A stretch of DNA of 64,000 nt, from positions 8,998 through 72,997 of the forward strand of contig CAVOZX010000027.1 of NCBI GenBank assembly GCA_963701365.1, written 5' to 3'. The first letter of the stretch is position 1. The number at the start of each line of letters is the position of its first letter. The translations under genes were made by a program, and so were the position numbers. The notes beneath the pieces are model-generated. The model had not been told where the DNA came from and searched no databases. It was given only the letters and a program-made list of their open reading frames with translations. Of the stretch, positions 40,839 through 51,994 are shown one piece after another. Source of the stretch: an uncultured Actinomycetota bacterium (GTDB lineage Bacteria > Actinomycetota > Actinomycetes > Actinomycetales > Microbacteriaceae).

Positions 40839-42221
40839 TCAGAGCCCGGCCGGCTCCGCCGGCGTGGGGGAGTCGGCATCCGGATCCCCGGCCGCCCCCA
40901 CCGGGGGGTCCTGCAACAACTCGGCGAGCAGCCACAGCAGCAGGCCCCCCACGGCGGTGCCCACCACGTCGGACAGCGACAGCGGACGCAGGGCCAGCAG
41001 CAGCAGGACCGCCGCGACCAGCAGGCCGATCCGCACCAGCAGGCGCTGCGCGTACAGCCACGCCCCGAAGCGTCCGGTCCGCAGGCCGGCGCTGCGCAGG
41101 CCGCCCCGCGCGCGGGTCACCATGGAGCCGGCGACCGAGCGCACTCGGACGGCCGGGGCCCATCGGCCCGAAAGCCACGCCGCAGCGGCGATCACGACGC
41201 CCAGCAGGGCGAACACCACAGCGGTGTCCGCCATGCCGCCCGTGACCGTGCCGTACACGGTGCCGAGGACAGGTGCGGGAACCCCCAGCGACCCGGCCTG
41301 CAGTCCGAGCATCACGCCGCCCGCCGCGAGGGCCGCTGCGGTCCCGAGCGCGCCCGCCGCCAGCGCGACGCCGCTGCCCAGGAGGGCGGTCGTGCGCCGT
41401 CGTGCGGTGAGGATCCCGATGAGGAACAGCGCCGCGGCCGCCAGCGGCAGCCACGTGCCCGCCGCGACTGCGACGTTGTAGCCGGTCGCGATCAGCGGGA
41501 GCGCGTCCGACTGCGCGATCACGATCGTGCTGTCGACCACCGGGATCGACTGCGCCAGGCCGAATCCCCGCGCGGTCAACGTGGACTTCACCTGCTCGAT
41601 GATGGGCGCCAGTTGGATCCCCAGCTGGCCCTGCGCGTCTACGGACACGGCGCTGTCGCCCGACCCGGTGGCGATGGCGACCAGGGAGCGGTGAGTGGAG
41701 ACGAGAGCCTGCTGCCACGCCGCGCTGAACGCGTCGGAGCGGACCACCGCGGCGATCGCGCCGTCGACCAGGCTCTGCAGACCGCTGGCCGCCGGGCCTC
41801 GCAGCAGATCGAGAGCGGAGAGGGCCGCGGGGGGAAGGTCGAGGGTCTGCACGCCGTCGAACACGGAATCGGTGATGGCCGGGATGTCGACCGCGGAACG
41901 CACCGCGGCCGCCGCCTGGTCGATGACGACCTGCTGCACACCGGGATCCTTCGCAAGCGGCGCGAAGGTGCTGACGAAGGCGTCCTCGTCGACCAGTGCG
42001 GTGCGCGCCCAGGCGGCGGTGATCGACACGGGGACCACGATCCCCGCCAGCACGATGCACGCCGCCGACACGACGGCGCGCCAGCGGCCGCGTCGCGACG
42101 GCGGGCCGGGATGGGTGGAATCCACCGACGGAGCGGATCCGCGCAGGGCGGCGTTCTCGGCGCGCAGCCGCTCGAGTTCGGCGCGCAGGTCGGCGTCGTC
42201 GGCCGCGATCGTCTCGGACAT
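40839..42221 (-). CDS. Hypothetical integral membrane protein
   Basis: N-terminal coiled coil, one TM, a soluble domain and several C-terminal TMs; AAGGAG RBS; host-like codon usage. Confidence 0.75.
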   Translation of the reverse strand: MSETIAADDADLRAELERLRAENAALRGSAPSVDSTHPGPPSRRGRWRAVVSAACIVLAGIVVPVSITAAWARTALVDEDAFVSTFAPLAKDPGVQQVVIDQAAAAVRSAVDIPAITDSVFDGVQTLDLPPAALSALDLLRGPAASGLQSLVDGAIAAVVRSDAFSAAWQQALVSTHRSLVAIATGSGDSAVSVDAQGQLGIQLAPIIEQVKSTLTARGFGLAQSIPVVDSTIVIAQSDALPLIATGYNVAVAAGTWLPLAAAALFLIGILTARRRTTALLGSGVALAAGALGTAAALAAGGVMLGLQAGSLGVPAPVLGTVYGTVTGGMADTAVVFALLGVVIAAAAWLSGRWAPAVRVRSVAGSMVTRARGGLRSAGLRTGRFGAWLYAQRLLVRIGLLVAAVLLLLALRPLSLSDVVGTAVGGLLLWLLAELLQDPPVGAAGDPDADSPTPAEPAGL

Positions 42222-42289
42222 GGCGCTCCTTCGGGTCGGTGGGCATATTCTGTCGCGAGGCTACCGGGGACTGCGGCCGGACGCGCGGG

Positions 42290-42961
42290 TCAGACCGCGC
42301 GCAGCACGGCGACCACCTTGCCGAGCACCGTGGCGTGGTCGCCGAGAATCGGCTCGAACGCCGAATTCCGCGGCAGCAGCCAGGTGTGGCCATCGCGCTG
42401 ACGCAGCGTCTTCACGGTCGCCTCGCCGTCGAGCATTGCCGCGACGATGTCGCCGTTGTCGGCGACGGGCTGACTGCGCACCACCACCCAGTCGCCATCG
42501 CAGATGGCCGCATCGATCATCGAGTCGCCCACGACCCTCAGCATGAAGAGGTCTCCGTTGCCCACCAGGCGCCGGGGGAGCGGGAATACCTCCTCCACCT
42601 GCTGGTCCGCCGTGATCGGGATGCCGGCCGCGATCCGTCCGACCATCGGCACGAGCGTCGCGTCCGCGAGCGCGGGCGCCGAATCGGCCGGGTTCTCCGC
42701 GGCAGCACCCGGAAGGTCGATCAGGACCTCCATGGCCCGGGTCTTGCCGGGGTCCCGGCGCAGGTAGCCGCTCAGTTCGAGCTGGTTGAGCTGATGCGTC
42801 ACGCTCGAGAGCGATCTCAGTCCGACGGCGTCACCGATCTCCCGCATGCTCGGCGGGTACCCGTAGCGGCCGATCGACTGCTGGATCACCTCCAGGATCG
42901 CGATCTGCTTGTCGCTGAGGCTGGTTCGCCGCCGCGTTTGCGGCTTCTCCGCTGCGCTCAT
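42290..42961 (-). CDS. lexA: SOS repressor LexA
   Basis: [10 protein letters not shown], cleavage site GRIAAG, GDSM and EATVK. Confidence 0.96.
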   Translation of the reverse strand: MSAAEKPQTRRRTSLSDKQIAILEVIQQSIGRYGYPPSMREIGDAVGLRSLSSVTHQLNQLELSGYLRRDPGKTRAMEVLIDLPGAAAENPADSAPALADATLVPMVGRIAAGIPITADQQVEEVFPLPRRLVGNGDLFMLRVVGDSMIDAAICDGDWVVVRSQPVADNGDIVAAMLDGEATVKTLRQRDGHTWLLPRNSAFEPILGDHATVLGKVVAVLRAV

Positions 42962-43120
42962 GCCCGAGCCCCTTCCGCTCCACCTCGTTCGAATGTCGGA
43001 GGTGGGTGATTGCCTTCTGACATCGAAACCGTATCCGAGCGCAGCGGCGAAGCCGGCGGCATCCGACCGCGTGTCTCGGCTTCGGTGTTCGATAACGACA
43101 ATCGTGGATCACCGTGGATA

Positions 43121-43136
43121 TAGAAGATATATTCGG
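43121..43136. promoter_or_regulatory. Degenerate SOS box between lexA and the LysM gene
   Basis: TAGAAG-ATAT-ATTCGG, resembling the recA box TCGAAG-ATCC-GTTCGA. Confidence 0.4.
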
Positions 43137-43181
43137 AACATGCCGTGGCATATCGTCCACGGCGAGGAGAGAGGACAGCGC

Positions 43182-43520
43182 ATGACCACCACTTCCCCGG
43201 TCATCCGCACCCGACTGCGGGTCACCCCCCTCGGTCGTCGCGTCGCCGCATCGGTGACCGCGATTCCCATCGCCGTCGCCGCGGCGATGCTCGTCCTGCA
43301 CGGGGGCGCCGCCGCAGCGGGACAGGCCGCCGGCGGTGATGACTTCCTGACCGTGACCGTGATGCCGGGTCAGTCGCTGTGGTCGATCGCCGAGGATCTC
43401 GCCCCCGCGGCGGACCCGAGGGACGTGGTCTCCGCGATCGTCCGGCTCAACACCCTGACCGACGGCGCCGTGTCCGCCGGTCAGACGCTGGCCGTGCCGC
43501 CCGAGTACGACGGGCGGTGA
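43182..43520 (+). CDS. LysM-domain membrane protein (ChiZ/YneA-like SOS division inhibitor)
   Basis: TM followed by LysM motif VTVMPGQSLWSIA...IVRLN...GQTLAVP; divergent from lexA. Confidence 0.82.
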   Translation: MTTTSPVIRTRLRVTPLGRRVAASVTAIPIAVAAAMLVLHGGAAAAGQAAGGDDFLTVTVMPGQSLWSIAEDLAPAADPRDVVSAIVRLNTLTDGAVSAGQTLAVPPEYDGR

Positions 43521-43546
43521 CGAGGGCGCGGCTCTAGCATGTCGGG

Positions 43547-44632
43547 GTGACCCCTCGCTGGCAGAGCCTGCCCATTCGTGACGACCTGCGCGATCTCACG
43601 CCCTACGGAGCGCCGCAGATCGCCGCGCCCGTGGCGCTGAATGTCAACGAGAACACCCACCCCGTGCCCCCCGAGGTGATCGAGGACGTCGTCGATGCCG
43701 TGCGTGCGGCACTGACCACCGTCAACCGATACCCGGACAGGGAGTTCCTCGAGCTGCGCGCCGACTTCGCACGCTACCTGGGCGACGGCGTGACCGCCGA
43801 GGAGGTGTGGGCGGCCAACGGGTCGAACGAGGTGCTGCAGCAGCTGCTGCAGGCGTTCGCCGGACCGGGCCGGACCGCCATGGGATTCGCACCGACCTAC
43901 TCGATGTACCCCCTCCTGACGCGGATGACCGGGGCGTCCTGGGTTGCGGGGGCCAGGGACCCGGACTTCGGCCTGACGCCGGCGGACGCCGCCGCGCAGG
44001 TGGATCGGATCCGGCCCGAGGTCGTCATCCTCTGCTCGCCCAACAACCCGACCGGCACCCCGCTGGATCCGGACGTGATCACCGCGGTGTACGCGGCCAC
44101 CGCCGGAATCGTCGTCGTCGACGAGGCCTACCACGAGTTCACTCCGCCCGGCACCCCGTCCGCCACCTCCTTGCTGCCCGGCCGCGAACGGCTCGTCGTC
44201 TCGCGCACCATGAGCAAGGCGTTCGCATTCGCCGGCGCGCGCGTGGGCTATCTGGCCGCGGACCCGGCGCTGATCGACGCGCTGCGGCTGGTACGGCTGC
44301 CGTATCACCTCAGCTCTCTCACCCAGGCGGCCGCGCGGGCGGTGCTCGCCCACGCGCCGGTGATGCTCCGCACGGTGGCGGACATCGCCCGCCAGCGGGA
44401 CCGGATCGTCGCGGCGCTGCCTGCGCTGGGGTACGCGCCGCATCCGACGTGGGCGAACTTCGTGCTGTTCGGCGGGGTGGCGGACCCGCGGCGGGCATGG
44501 CAGAGTCTCTACGACCGGGGGGTTCTGGTGCGCGACATCGGCATGCCCGGCCACCTGCGCGTCAGCGCGGGCACCGCGGCCGAGACCGACGCCTTCCTGG
44601 CCGCGATCGCGTCGATAGAATCGGCCGCATGA
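43547..44632 (+). CDS. hisC: Histidinol-phosphate aminotransferase
   Basis: LNVNEN, NRYPD, NGSNE, PNNPTG, DEAYHEF and [16 protein letters not shown]. Confidence 0.94.
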   Translation: MTPRWQSLPIRDDLRDLTPYGAPQIAAPVALNVNENTHPVPPEVIEDVVDAVRAALTTVNRYPDREFLELRADFARYLGDGVTAEEVWAANGSNEVLQQLLQAFAGPGRTAMGFAPTYSMYPLLTRMTGASWVAGARDPDFGLTPADAAAQVDRIRPEVVILCSPNNPTGTPLDPDVITAVYAATAGIVVVDEAYHEFTPPGTPSATSLLPGRERLVVSRTMSKAFAFAGARVGYLAADPALIDALRLVRLPYHLSSLTQAAARAVLAHAPVMLRTVADIARQRDRIVAALPALGYAPHPTWANFVLFGGVADPRRAWQSLYDRGVLVRDIGMPGHLRVSAGTAAETDAFLAAIASIESAA

Positions 44633-45246
44633 CAGGCTCATCGGCGCCGCACCGCACCGCTGCGGTGCGGCGCGCCACACGCGAGTCCGTCGTGGACCTC
44701 GAGGTGGATCTCGACGGAACGGGCGAGGCCACCGTCTCCACCACCGTTCCGTTCTTCGACCATCTCGTGACCGCCTTCGCCAAGCACTCCCTCACCGACC
44801 TGCGGGTCAGTGCCACCGGCGACACCGACATCGACGCGCATCACACGGTGGAGGACGTCTCGATCGTGCTGGGTCGGGCCATCGGAGAGGCGCTGGGCGG
44901 CAAGTCAGGCATCGCCCGGTACGGGGACGCGCTCGTGCCCTTGGACGAAGCGCTCGCACAAGCCGTCGTGGACCTCAGCGGGCGGCCCTACCTGGTGCAC
45001 TCCGGCGAACCGGACGGCTTCGAGTACCACCTCATCGGTGGGCATTTCACCGGCTCTCTGGTGCGGCACAGCCTGGAGTCGATCGCCGTCGGCGCCGCCA
45101 TGACGGTGCACGTGACGGTGCTGCACGGCCGGGATCCGCATCACATCGCCGAAGCCGAGTTCAAGGCTCTTGCCCGGGCGTTCCGCGCTGCCAAGGCCCG
45201 CGATCCGCTGGTTCGCGGCGTGCCCAGCACGAAGGGTGCTCTGTGA
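44629..45246 (+). CDS. hisB: Imidazoleglycerol-phosphate dehydratase
   Basis: [29 protein letters not shown] and PSTKGAL. Confidence 0.95.
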   Translation: MTGSSAPHRTAAVRRATRESVVDLEVDLDGTGEATVSTTVPFFDHLVTAFAKHSLTDLRVSATGDTDIDAHHTVEDVSIVLGRAIGEALGGKSGIARYGDALVPLDEALAQAVVDLSGRPYLVHSGEPDGFEYHLIGGHFTGSLVRHSLESIAVGAAMTVHVTVLHGRDPHHIAEAEFKALARAFRAAKARDPLVRGVPSTKGAL

Positions 45247-45884
45247 GCCGACCCGCCGTCGTCGTGCTCGACTACGGGTCCGGCAACGTGCACTCGGCGG
45301 TGAAGGCGCTCGCCGCAGCCGGGGCGGATGTGCGCCTGAGCGCGGACCGGGGTCTGATCCAGGATGCGGACGGCCTGGTGGTTCCCGGCGTGGGGTCGTT
45401 CCGGGCCGTGATGGCGGCGCTGCGCGCCACCCGAGGCGACGAAGTCGTCGACCGCCGGCTCGCAGGCGGACGCCCCGTGCTCGGCATCTGCGTCGGGATG
45501 CAGGTGCTGTTCGCCCGAGGAGTGGAACGCGGTGAGGACACCGAAGGGCTCGGACAGTGGCCCGGCGAGGTCACCCGACTCGACGCCGACATCCTGCCGC
45601 ACATCGGATGGAACACCGTGGAGGCGCCTGCGGCATCCCGTCTGTTCGAGGGCCTCCAGGGGGAGCGGTTCTACTTCGTGCACTCCTTCGCGGCGTCGCG
45701 GTGGGAGCTGCCCCACCGCCCGCCGTTCCCGCCCTCTCACCTGACATGGACGACGTACGGACGGCCGTTCCTCGCCGCCGTCGAGAACGGCCCCCTCAGC
45801 GGCACCCAGTTCCACCCCGAGAAGTCCGGCCCGGCGGGGATCCGGTTGCTCGCCAACTGGCTGGGGACGCTCGCGCCGCAGTAG
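45243..45884 (+). CDS. hisH: Imidazole glycerol phosphate synthase glutaminase subunit
   Basis: [23 protein letters not shown] and QFHPEKSG. Confidence 0.95.
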   Translation: MSRPAVVVLDYGSGNVHSAVKALAAAGADVRLSADRGLIQDADGLVVPGVGSFRAVMAALRATRGDEVVDRRLAGGRPVLGICVGMQVLFARGVERGEDTEGLGQWPGEVTRLDADILPHIGWNTVEAPAASRLFEGLQGERFYFVHSFAASRWELPHRPPFPPSHLTWTTYGRPFLAAVENGPLSGTQFHPEKSGPAGIRLLANWLGTLAPQ

Positions 45885-45935
45885 TGTCGGTGCTCGTGCC
45901 GCACGCCGCCGGCGCATCGGACCGCGCGAGGAATC

Positions 45936-46682
45936 ATGAACGAGTTCACAACCGTCCCCGAACTGGTGCTTCTGCCCGCGGTGGACGTCGCGGCCGGCCG
46001 CGCGGTCCGGCTCACGCGCGGTGAGGCGGGCAGCGAGACGCAGTACGGGGACCCGGTCGAGGCGGCGCTGACCTGGGCCCGGCAGGGCGCGCAGTGGATC
46101 CACCTGGTCGATCTGGACGCCGCGTTCGGCCGGGGCACCAACGCTCCGCTGCTGCGCAAGGTCATCCGGCATGTGCGGGGCGTGCGGATCGAACTGTCCG
46201 GAGGCATCCGGGACGACTCATCCCTGGAGGCGGCGCTGGAGTCCGGCGCGACCCGCATCAACCTCGGCACGGCCGCTCTGGAGAACCCGGAGTGGGCCGC
46301 GGACGTCATCGGCCGGTACGGCGACGCCGTCGCCGTGGGCTTGGACGTGCGCGGAACGACCCTGGCGGCCCGCGGCTGGACCCGTGAGGGCGGCGACCTG
46401 TGGGGGGTGCTGGACAGGCTGGAGCGCGCCGGCTGCAGTCGCTACGTCGTCACCGACGTCACGAAGGACGGCACGCTGCGGGGACCGAACCTGGACCTGC
46501 TCGCACAGGTCGCCGGCGCCACCGACAAGCCCGTCGTCGCCTCCGGGGGGATCGCCACCCTCGATGACATCGCAGCGCTGCGGGAGCTCGTGCCCGTCGG
46601 AGTCGAGGGAGCCATCGTCGGGAAGGCGCTGTACTCCGGGGCTTTCACGCTGGCCGAGGCCCTGGATGTCGCCCGTGGCTGA
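45936..46682 (+). CDS. priA: Bifunctional HisA/TrpF isomerase PriA
   Basis: [27 protein letters not shown] and [13 protein letters not shown]. Confidence 0.92.
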   Translation: MNEFTTVPELVLLPAVDVAAGRAVRLTRGEAGSETQYGDPVEAALTWARQGAQWIHLVDLDAAFGRGTNAPLLRKVIRHVRGVRIELSGGIRDDSSLEAALESGATRINLGTAALENPEWAADVIGRYGDAVAVGLDVRGTTLAARGWTREGGDLWGVLDRLERAGCSRYVVTDVTKDGTLRGPNLDLLAQVAGATDKPVVASGGIATLDDIAALRELVPVGVEGAIVGKALYSGAFTLAEALDVARG

Positions 46683-47430
46683 AGCCGGCGGACGCGCCGA
46701 CTCGGCGGGCGTGCCGTGGGAGGGTCGGCGATTCGAGCCCAATCCCTTCGCCGCCGATGACGGCTCCGCCGACCCTGACCTGCTGGCTGCGCTGGGGGCG
46801 TTCCGCGCCGAGGCGGCGGGACCGGAGGCGGTCGTCGACGCCTACCGCCGCGCGCGGCTTCTCATCCCGCTCGTGACCTCGGCGGGACCCGGTGCCGTGC
46901 GCGGACCCGGAGAGGCGTCGCAGGAACTCTCCATCGTGACCGTGGCCGCTGCGGATGGACGCCGCGTCCTGCCCGTCTTCACGTCCGTCGCCACTCTCGC
47001 GGCATGGGACGCAACCGCCCGACCGGTGCCCGCCGACGGCGTGCGCACGGCCGTGGCCGCCGTGGAGGATGACACGGACCTGATCGTGATCGACCCGGGC
47101 GCCGCGACCGAGTTCCTGATCCGACGGCCCGCGCTATGGGCAATCGCGCGGCATGAGACGTGGGAGCCGCCGGCCCGAAACGCGGACGTGCTCTCCGGGT
47201 TCCGTGCCAGCATCGCCACCGAACTGGCCGTCCTGGACGTCCGGCTGCTCGCCGGGGATCGCGCCGCACGCGGTCGGAGTCCGGAACTCACCGTGGAACT
47301 CGAATTGACGGCGGGGCTGGAGACGGCCGAACTCGATGCCGTGCTGCAGCGGCTCGCCCGGCGGTGGGCCGCCGACGATCGGATCGCCACGCTGGTGGAC
47401 TCGCTGAGCGTGCGGCTCGTGCGCGCCTGA
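46675..47430 (+). CDS. SseB-family protein
   Basis: [22 protein letters not shown] and [11 protein letters not shown]. Confidence 0.75.
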   Translation: MAEAGGRADSAGVPWEGRRFEPNPFAADDGSADPDLLAALGAFRAEAAGPEAVVDAYRRARLLIPLVTSAGPGAVRGPGEASQELSIVTVAAADGRRVLPVFTSVATLAAWDATARPVPADGVRTAVAAVEDDTDLIVIDPGAATEFLIRRPALWAIARHETWEPPARNADVLSGFRASIATELAVLDVRLLAGDRAARGRSPELTVELELTAGLETAELDAVLQRLARRWAADDRIATLVDSLSVRLVRA

Positions 47431-47443
47431 CGACCCCCGCCCC

Positions 47444-47806
47444 TCAGGTGACCGGTCCGGTCCAGCGCTCCCCGGGTCCCTTCCCGATCGGATCGGGCAC
47501 GGGCGAAGCCTCCCGGAAGGCCAGCTGCAGCGACCGCAGGCCGTCGCGCAACGATCGCGCGTGGACGTCGCCCACCTCCGGGGCGGCCGCCGTGACCAGG
47601 CCCGCCAGCGCGCCGATGAGCTTCCGAGCCTCATCCAGATCGAGCTGCGTCGCCGGATCATCGGCGAGCCCGACCTTCACCGCCGCGGCGCTCATGAGAT
47701 GCACCGCCGTCACCGTGATCACCTCGACCGCGGGCACGTCCGCGATATCGCGAGCCGCTCCCGTCGCGTCCGAGTCGGCGGGCTGAGCGGCGGGCACAGA
47801 GGTCAC
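47444..47806 (-). CDS. DUF1844 family protein
   Basis: [21 protein letters not shown] and [16 protein letters not shown]; divergent from infC; start 47806 or 47815. Confidence 0.8.
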   Translation of the reverse strand: MTSVPAAQPADSDATGAARDIADVPAVEVITVTAVHLMSAAAVKVGLADDPATQLDLDEARKLIGALAGLVTAAAPEVGDVHARSLRDGLRSLQLAFREASPVPDPIGKGPGERWTGPVT

Positions 47807-48043
47807 GGCATCCATTCTGGTAGACTCGGACCGCACCGGAGCGTCTGCTCCGAGGGAAAGAGGATTGCATCCCACCCGCGCATGCCGTCTCAGGCTACCG
47901 GGTCCCGCGCACCGAGCCTCTCCTGGGAGGCCGTCGGGTGCGCGATGCCGGCGCCGGACGCCGTGCGGGGTGGCGCGACCCTCTTCCACCGCGACACCGA
48001 GCGTGCCGCGGTCAGCCCACAGCACGCGTCAGAGGAGTTCCGC

Positions 48044-48664
48044 ATCAGCGATCCGCGCACCAACGAGCGCATCCGCGTCCCCGAGGTCCGACTCGTCGGC
48101 CCCAACGGGGAGCAGGTGGGCGTCGTCCGCATCGAAGTCGCCCAGAAGCTGGCCCAGGAGGCCGACCTCGATCTCGTCGAGGTCGCACCCAACTCGAAGC
48201 CCCCCGTGGTCAAGATCATGGACTACGGAAAGTTCAAATACGAAGCCGCGCAGAAGGCGAAGGAGGCCCGTCGCAATCAGGCCAACACCGTCCTCAAAGA
48301 GGTGCGGTTCCGTCTGAAGATCGAGCCGCACGACTACGAGACCAAGCGCAAGCGCGCGGAGGGTTTTCTCCGCGCCGGCGACAAGGTGAAGGCGATGATC
48401 CTGTTCCGCGGCCGGGAGCAGTCGCGCCCCGAACTGGGAGTGCGGCTGCTGCGGCGGTTCGCCGAGGACGTGGCCGAGTTCGGCAACGTGGAGTCGAGCC
48501 CCACGATCGATGGCCGCAACATGACGATGGTGATCGCGCCGCACAAGAACAAGTCCGAGGCCAAGGCGGAGCAGAACGCTCAGCGGGCTGCGACGAAGGA
48601 AGCCGCCAGGGCGGCCCGGTCGGGGGATTTCGCCTCCGACGACGCGGCCGCAGCACCGGCCTGA
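48044..48664 (+). CDS. infC: Translation initiation factor IF-3 (non-canonical ATC start)
   Basis: [30 protein letters not shown] and FRGRE; GAGGAG RBS 6 nt upstream of ATC; no in-frame ATG/GTG/TTG near the RBS. Confidence 0.93.
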   Translation: MSDPRTNERIRVPEVRLVGPNGEQVGVVRIEVAQKLAQEADLDLVEVAPNSKPPVVKIMDYGKFKYEAAQKAKEARRNQANTVLKEVRFRLKIEPHDYETKRKRAEGFLRAGDKVKAMILFRGREQSRPELGVRLLRRFAEDVAEFGNVESSPTIDGRNMTMVIAPHKNKSEAKAEQNAQRAATKEAARAARSGDFASDDAAAAPA

Positions 48665-48679
48665 CACGAAGGAAGACAG

Positions 48680-48874
48680 ATGCCGAAGCAGAAGACCCAC
48701 TCGGGCAGCAAGAAGCGATTCACGGTGACCGGCAGCGGCAAGGTCATGAAGCAGCAGGCCAACCTGCGCCACAACTTCGAGGGCAAGTCGACCCGGCGCA
48801 CCCGGCGCCTGGCCCAGGACCAGGTGGTCTCGGGTCACGACCTTCGCACGGTCAAGAAGCTGCTGGGTCGCTGA
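48680..48874 (+). CDS. rpmI: 50S ribosomal protein L35
   Basis: [21 protein letters not shown]. Confidence 0.96.
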   Translation: MPKQKTHSGSKKRFTVTGSGKVMKQQANLRHNFEGKSTRRTRRLAQDQVVSGHDLRTVKKLLGR

Positions 48875-48901
48875 GCGGCCCGACGGAAGGAAGCACGAAC
48901 C

Positions 48902-49288
48902 ATGGCACGAGTGAAGCGGGCCGTCAACGCCCACAAGAAGCGGCGCGTCATCCTCGACCGCGCCTCCGGATACCGCGGGCAGCGTTCGCGGCTGTACCGC
49001 AAGGCGAAGGAGCAGGTCACCCACTCGCTGGTGTACGCGTACCGCGACCGCCGGCGCCGCAAGGGCGACTTCCGCCGGCTCTGGATCCAGCGCATCAACG
49101 CGGCAGCGCGTCAGAACGGTCTGACCTACAACCGGTTCATCCAGGGACTGGGGCTCGCGGGGGTGACCGTGGATCGACGGATGCTGGCGGACCTCGCCGT
49201 CAACGACCCCGCCACCTTCGCCGCCCTGGTCGCCACCGCCAAGCAGGCGCTGCCTGCGGACGTCAACGCGGCGCGCGCGACGGCCTGA
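48902..49288 (+). CDS. rplT: 50S ribosomal protein L20
   Basis: [16 protein letters not shown] and [12 protein letters not shown]. Confidence 0.97.
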   Translation: MARVKRAVNAHKKRRVILDRASGYRGQRSRLYRKAKEQVTHSLVYAYRDRRRRKGDFRRLWIQRINAAARQNGLTYNRFIQGLGLAGVTVDRRMLADLAVNDPATFAALVATAKQALPADVNAARATA

Positions 49289-49329
49289 CGGACACGGACC
49301 GGTCGGTCGCCGCGTTCTAGACTGACCCC

Positions 49330-50127
49330 GTGCTGGAGAACCCGCGCTCTCCGCGAGTGCGCGCGGTGGCCAAGCTCGCCAAGCGGCAGGCCCGCGAGGA
49401 GACCGGGCTGTTCCTCCTGGAGGGCCCGCAGGCCGTCCGCGAGGCGCTGGCGGCCCGGCCCGACCGGGTGACAGAGGTGTACGGCACGCCCGCCGTCTTC
49501 GAGCGGCATGGCGACATCGCGGACGCCGCCCGTCACGCGGGCGTGCCCGTGCATCTGGCCGGCGAGCAGGTGCTCGAGGCGATGGCCGACACCGTCGCCC
49601 CGCAGGGAGTCGTCGCCGTCGCGCGGCAGTTCCCTGCCGATCTGACCGAGGTGCTCGCGCGCGTCCCCCGGCTGGTGGCGGTGTGCGATCAGGTCCGCGA
49701 CCCCGGAAATCTCGGCACCATCATCCGGGCGGCCGACGCGGTCGGCGCCGACGCGGTGATCCTCACCGGTCGCACCGTCGATCCGTTCAACCCCAAAGTC
49801 GTGCGGGCCACCACCGGGTCGCTGTTCCACGTGCCCATCTGCCGGGGTCGGGACCTCGGCGGCGTCATCGACCAGCTGCACGGTGCCGGGCTGCGGGTGG
49901 TGGCCGCCGACGTCAAGGGCCGCGACCTGCCCGCGGCGCGCGCGGAACTGCGCCATCCCACCGCATGGCTGTTCGGCAACGAGGCGCACGGACTCGACGA
50001 CGACGCGCTCGCGCGCGCCGACACGGCGGTGCGACTGCCCATCTACGGCGCGGCCGAGTCGCTCAACCTCGCGATCGCCGCCGGGGTGTGCCTGTACGCG
50101 TCTGCGTTCGCACAGCGCCTGCCCTGA
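49330..50127 (+). CDS. TrmH/SpoU-family RNA methyltransferase
   Basis: [22 protein letters not shown] and ESLNLA. Confidence 0.9.
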   Translation: MLENPRSPRVRAVAKLAKRQAREETGLFLLEGPQAVREALAARPDRVTEVYGTPAVFERHGDIADAARHAGVPVHLAGEQVLEAMADTVAPQGVVAVARQFPADLTEVLARVPRLVAVCDQVRDPGNLGTIIRAADAVGADAVILTGRTVDPFNPKVVRATTGSLFHVPICRGRDLGGVIDQLHGAGLRVVAADVKGRDLPAARAELRHPTAWLFGNEAHGLDDDALARADTAVRLPIYGAAESLNLAIAAGVCLYASAFAQRLP

Positions 50128-50225
50128 CCGGCGGGCCTTTCGGCCCGGGCGCGCGGAACGTGAGAGTTCGGTCACGATCCCCAGGGATCCTGGGACCCCC
50201 GGGCGCGCATTCCTAGTGTGAGGGG

Positions 50226-51008
50226 ATGACGACAACCGACGCCGCCGGACCGGGCGCGCCGACGCGGACCTCCGAACCGCTCGTCGTGATGTCGGGGGTG
50301 CAGAAGCACTACGGGGAATTCGCCGCGCTGACGGACATCGATCTGACGGTCGGCCGCGGCGAGGTGGTCGTGGTCATCGGACCGTCCGGATCGGGGAAGT
50401 CGACCCTCTGCCGCACCATCAACCGGCTCGAGACGATCACCAGCGGCACTATCACGGTGGACGGGAGGACCCTGCCGCAGGAGGGGAGGGCGCTGGCCGC
50501 ACTGCGCGCCGACGTCGGAATGGTCTTCCAGGCGTTCAACCTGTTCGCGCATCTCACCGTGCTCGAGAACGTCACCCTCGGCCCGATGCGGGTGCGCCGC
50601 CGGTCCCGGTCCGACGCGGAGTCGCGCGCCCGTGCGCTCCTGGAACGAGTGGGGGTGGCCGAGCAGGCCGAGAAGCTCCCGGCGCAGTTGTCCGGCGGAC
50701 AGCAGCAGCGCGTCGCCATCGCGCGCGCGCTGGCGATGGACCCGAAGGTGATGCTGTTCGACGAACCGACGAGCGCCCTGGATCCGGAGATGATCACCGA
50801 GGTCCTGGACGTCATGGTGGGACTGGCGCGGGACGGCATGACGATGATCGTCGTCACCCACGAGATGGGCTTCGCCCGCAAGGCCGCCGACCGGGTGGTC
50901 TTCATGGCGGACGGGCGGATCCTCGAGGAGGCCCCGCCCGAGGAGTTCTTCGCGCACCCGCGCAGCCCGCGCGCCGTGGATTTCCTGTCCAAGCTCCTGA
51001 CCCACTGA
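50226..51008 (+). CDS. gluA: Glutamate ABC transporter ATP-binding protein
   Basis: [26 protein letters not shown] and [10 protein letters not shown]. Confidence 0.85.
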   Translation: MTTTDAAGPGAPTRTSEPLVVMSGVQKHYGEFAALTDIDLTVGRGEVVVVIGPSGSGKSTLCRTINRLETITSGTITVDGRTLPQEGRALAALRADVGMVFQAFNLFAHLTVLENVTLGPMRVRRRSRSDAESRARALLERVGVAEQAEKLPAQLSGGQQQRVAIARALAMDPKVMLFDEPTSALDPEMITEVLDVMVGLARDGMTMIVVTHEMGFARKAADRVVFMADGRILEEAPPEEFFAHPRSPRAVDFLSKLLTH

Positions 51009-51035
51009 ACCGGCCGCAGGCCACGAGGAGGAACG

Positions 51036-51932
51036 ATGAGAACGACGAGGATGCTGGCGGCGGCGGCGACGGCAGCGGTCGCCGCGCTCGCCCTGACGGC
51101 GTGCAACAGCGGAGCGCCCGGCACCGCCGGAGGCACCGGCACCGCGGCGGATCGTCCCTGGGACGTCGCCGCCGCCGGAGTCGACCTGGAGGGCAGCCCC
51201 ACCTACGACGCGATGGTCGCCCGGGACGGCGTGATCGTCGGCGTGAAGAACGACCAGCCGGGTCTCGGGTATCAGGACGCCGCCACCGGGGAGCGGACCG
51301 GTTTCGACGTGGACATCGCCCGGTGGATCGCGGCATCGCTCGGGTTCGAGGAGAGCCAGATCGACTTCCGCACCATCCCCTCCGCCAACCGTGAGCAGGC
51401 GATCGTGAACGGCGACATCGACTACTACGTGGGCACCTACTCCATCACCGACGCCCGCGAGCAGCAGATCGACTTCGCCGGACCCTACTTCATCACGGGT
51501 CAGGGTCTCATGGTGGCCGCGGACACCACGGACATCCAGGGCCCCGAGGACCTGGCCGGCAAGATCGTGTGCTCGGTCACCGGGTCCACGCCGCTGCAGC
51601 GCATCCGGGAGCAGTACAGCCCCGGGGACACCGTCGAGTACGACACCTACTCGCAGTGCGTGGAGCAGTTGAAGGCCGGCGCGGTCGACGCGATCACCAC
51701 GGACGAGGCGATCCTCGCCGGATACGTCGCACAGGACCCCGACGCTCTGAAGATCGCGGGGGAGCCCTTCAGCGAGGAGCGGTACGGAGTCGGGCTCGCC
51801 CAGGGAGACACCGCCCTGAAGACCTGGATCAACGACCTGCTCACCGACGGCGGCGACGTGTGGTCCGCGCTGTTCGAGACGCACCTGGCGCCCGCGGGGA
51901 TCTCCGGCGAGCAGCCCCCGGTCGACCGGTGA
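51036..51932 (+). CDS. gluB: Glutamate ABC transporter substrate-binding lipoprotein
   Basis: Lipobox LTAC, GVKNDQPGLG, GFDVDIA, TYSITD and TTDEAILAG. Confidence 0.85.
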   Translation: MRTTRMLAAAATAAVAALALTACNSGAPGTAGGTGTAADRPWDVAAAGVDLEGSPTYDAMVARDGVIVGVKNDQPGLGYQDAATGERTGFDVDIARWIAASLGFEESQIDFRTIPSANREQAIVNGDIDYYVGTYSITDAREQQIDFAGPYFITGQGLMVAADTTDIQGPEDLAGKIVCSVTGSTPLQRIREQYSPGDTVEYDTYSQCVEQLKAGAVDAITTDEAILAGYVAQDPDALKIAGEPFSEERYGVGLAQGDTALKTWINDLLTDGGDVWSALFETHLAPAGISGEQPPVDR

Positions 51933-51994
51933 TCTCCGTGCGCAGGCGCGCGGACGGCCCCGGCGGCCGCCGCCGATAGCGGAGGACCCGACGG

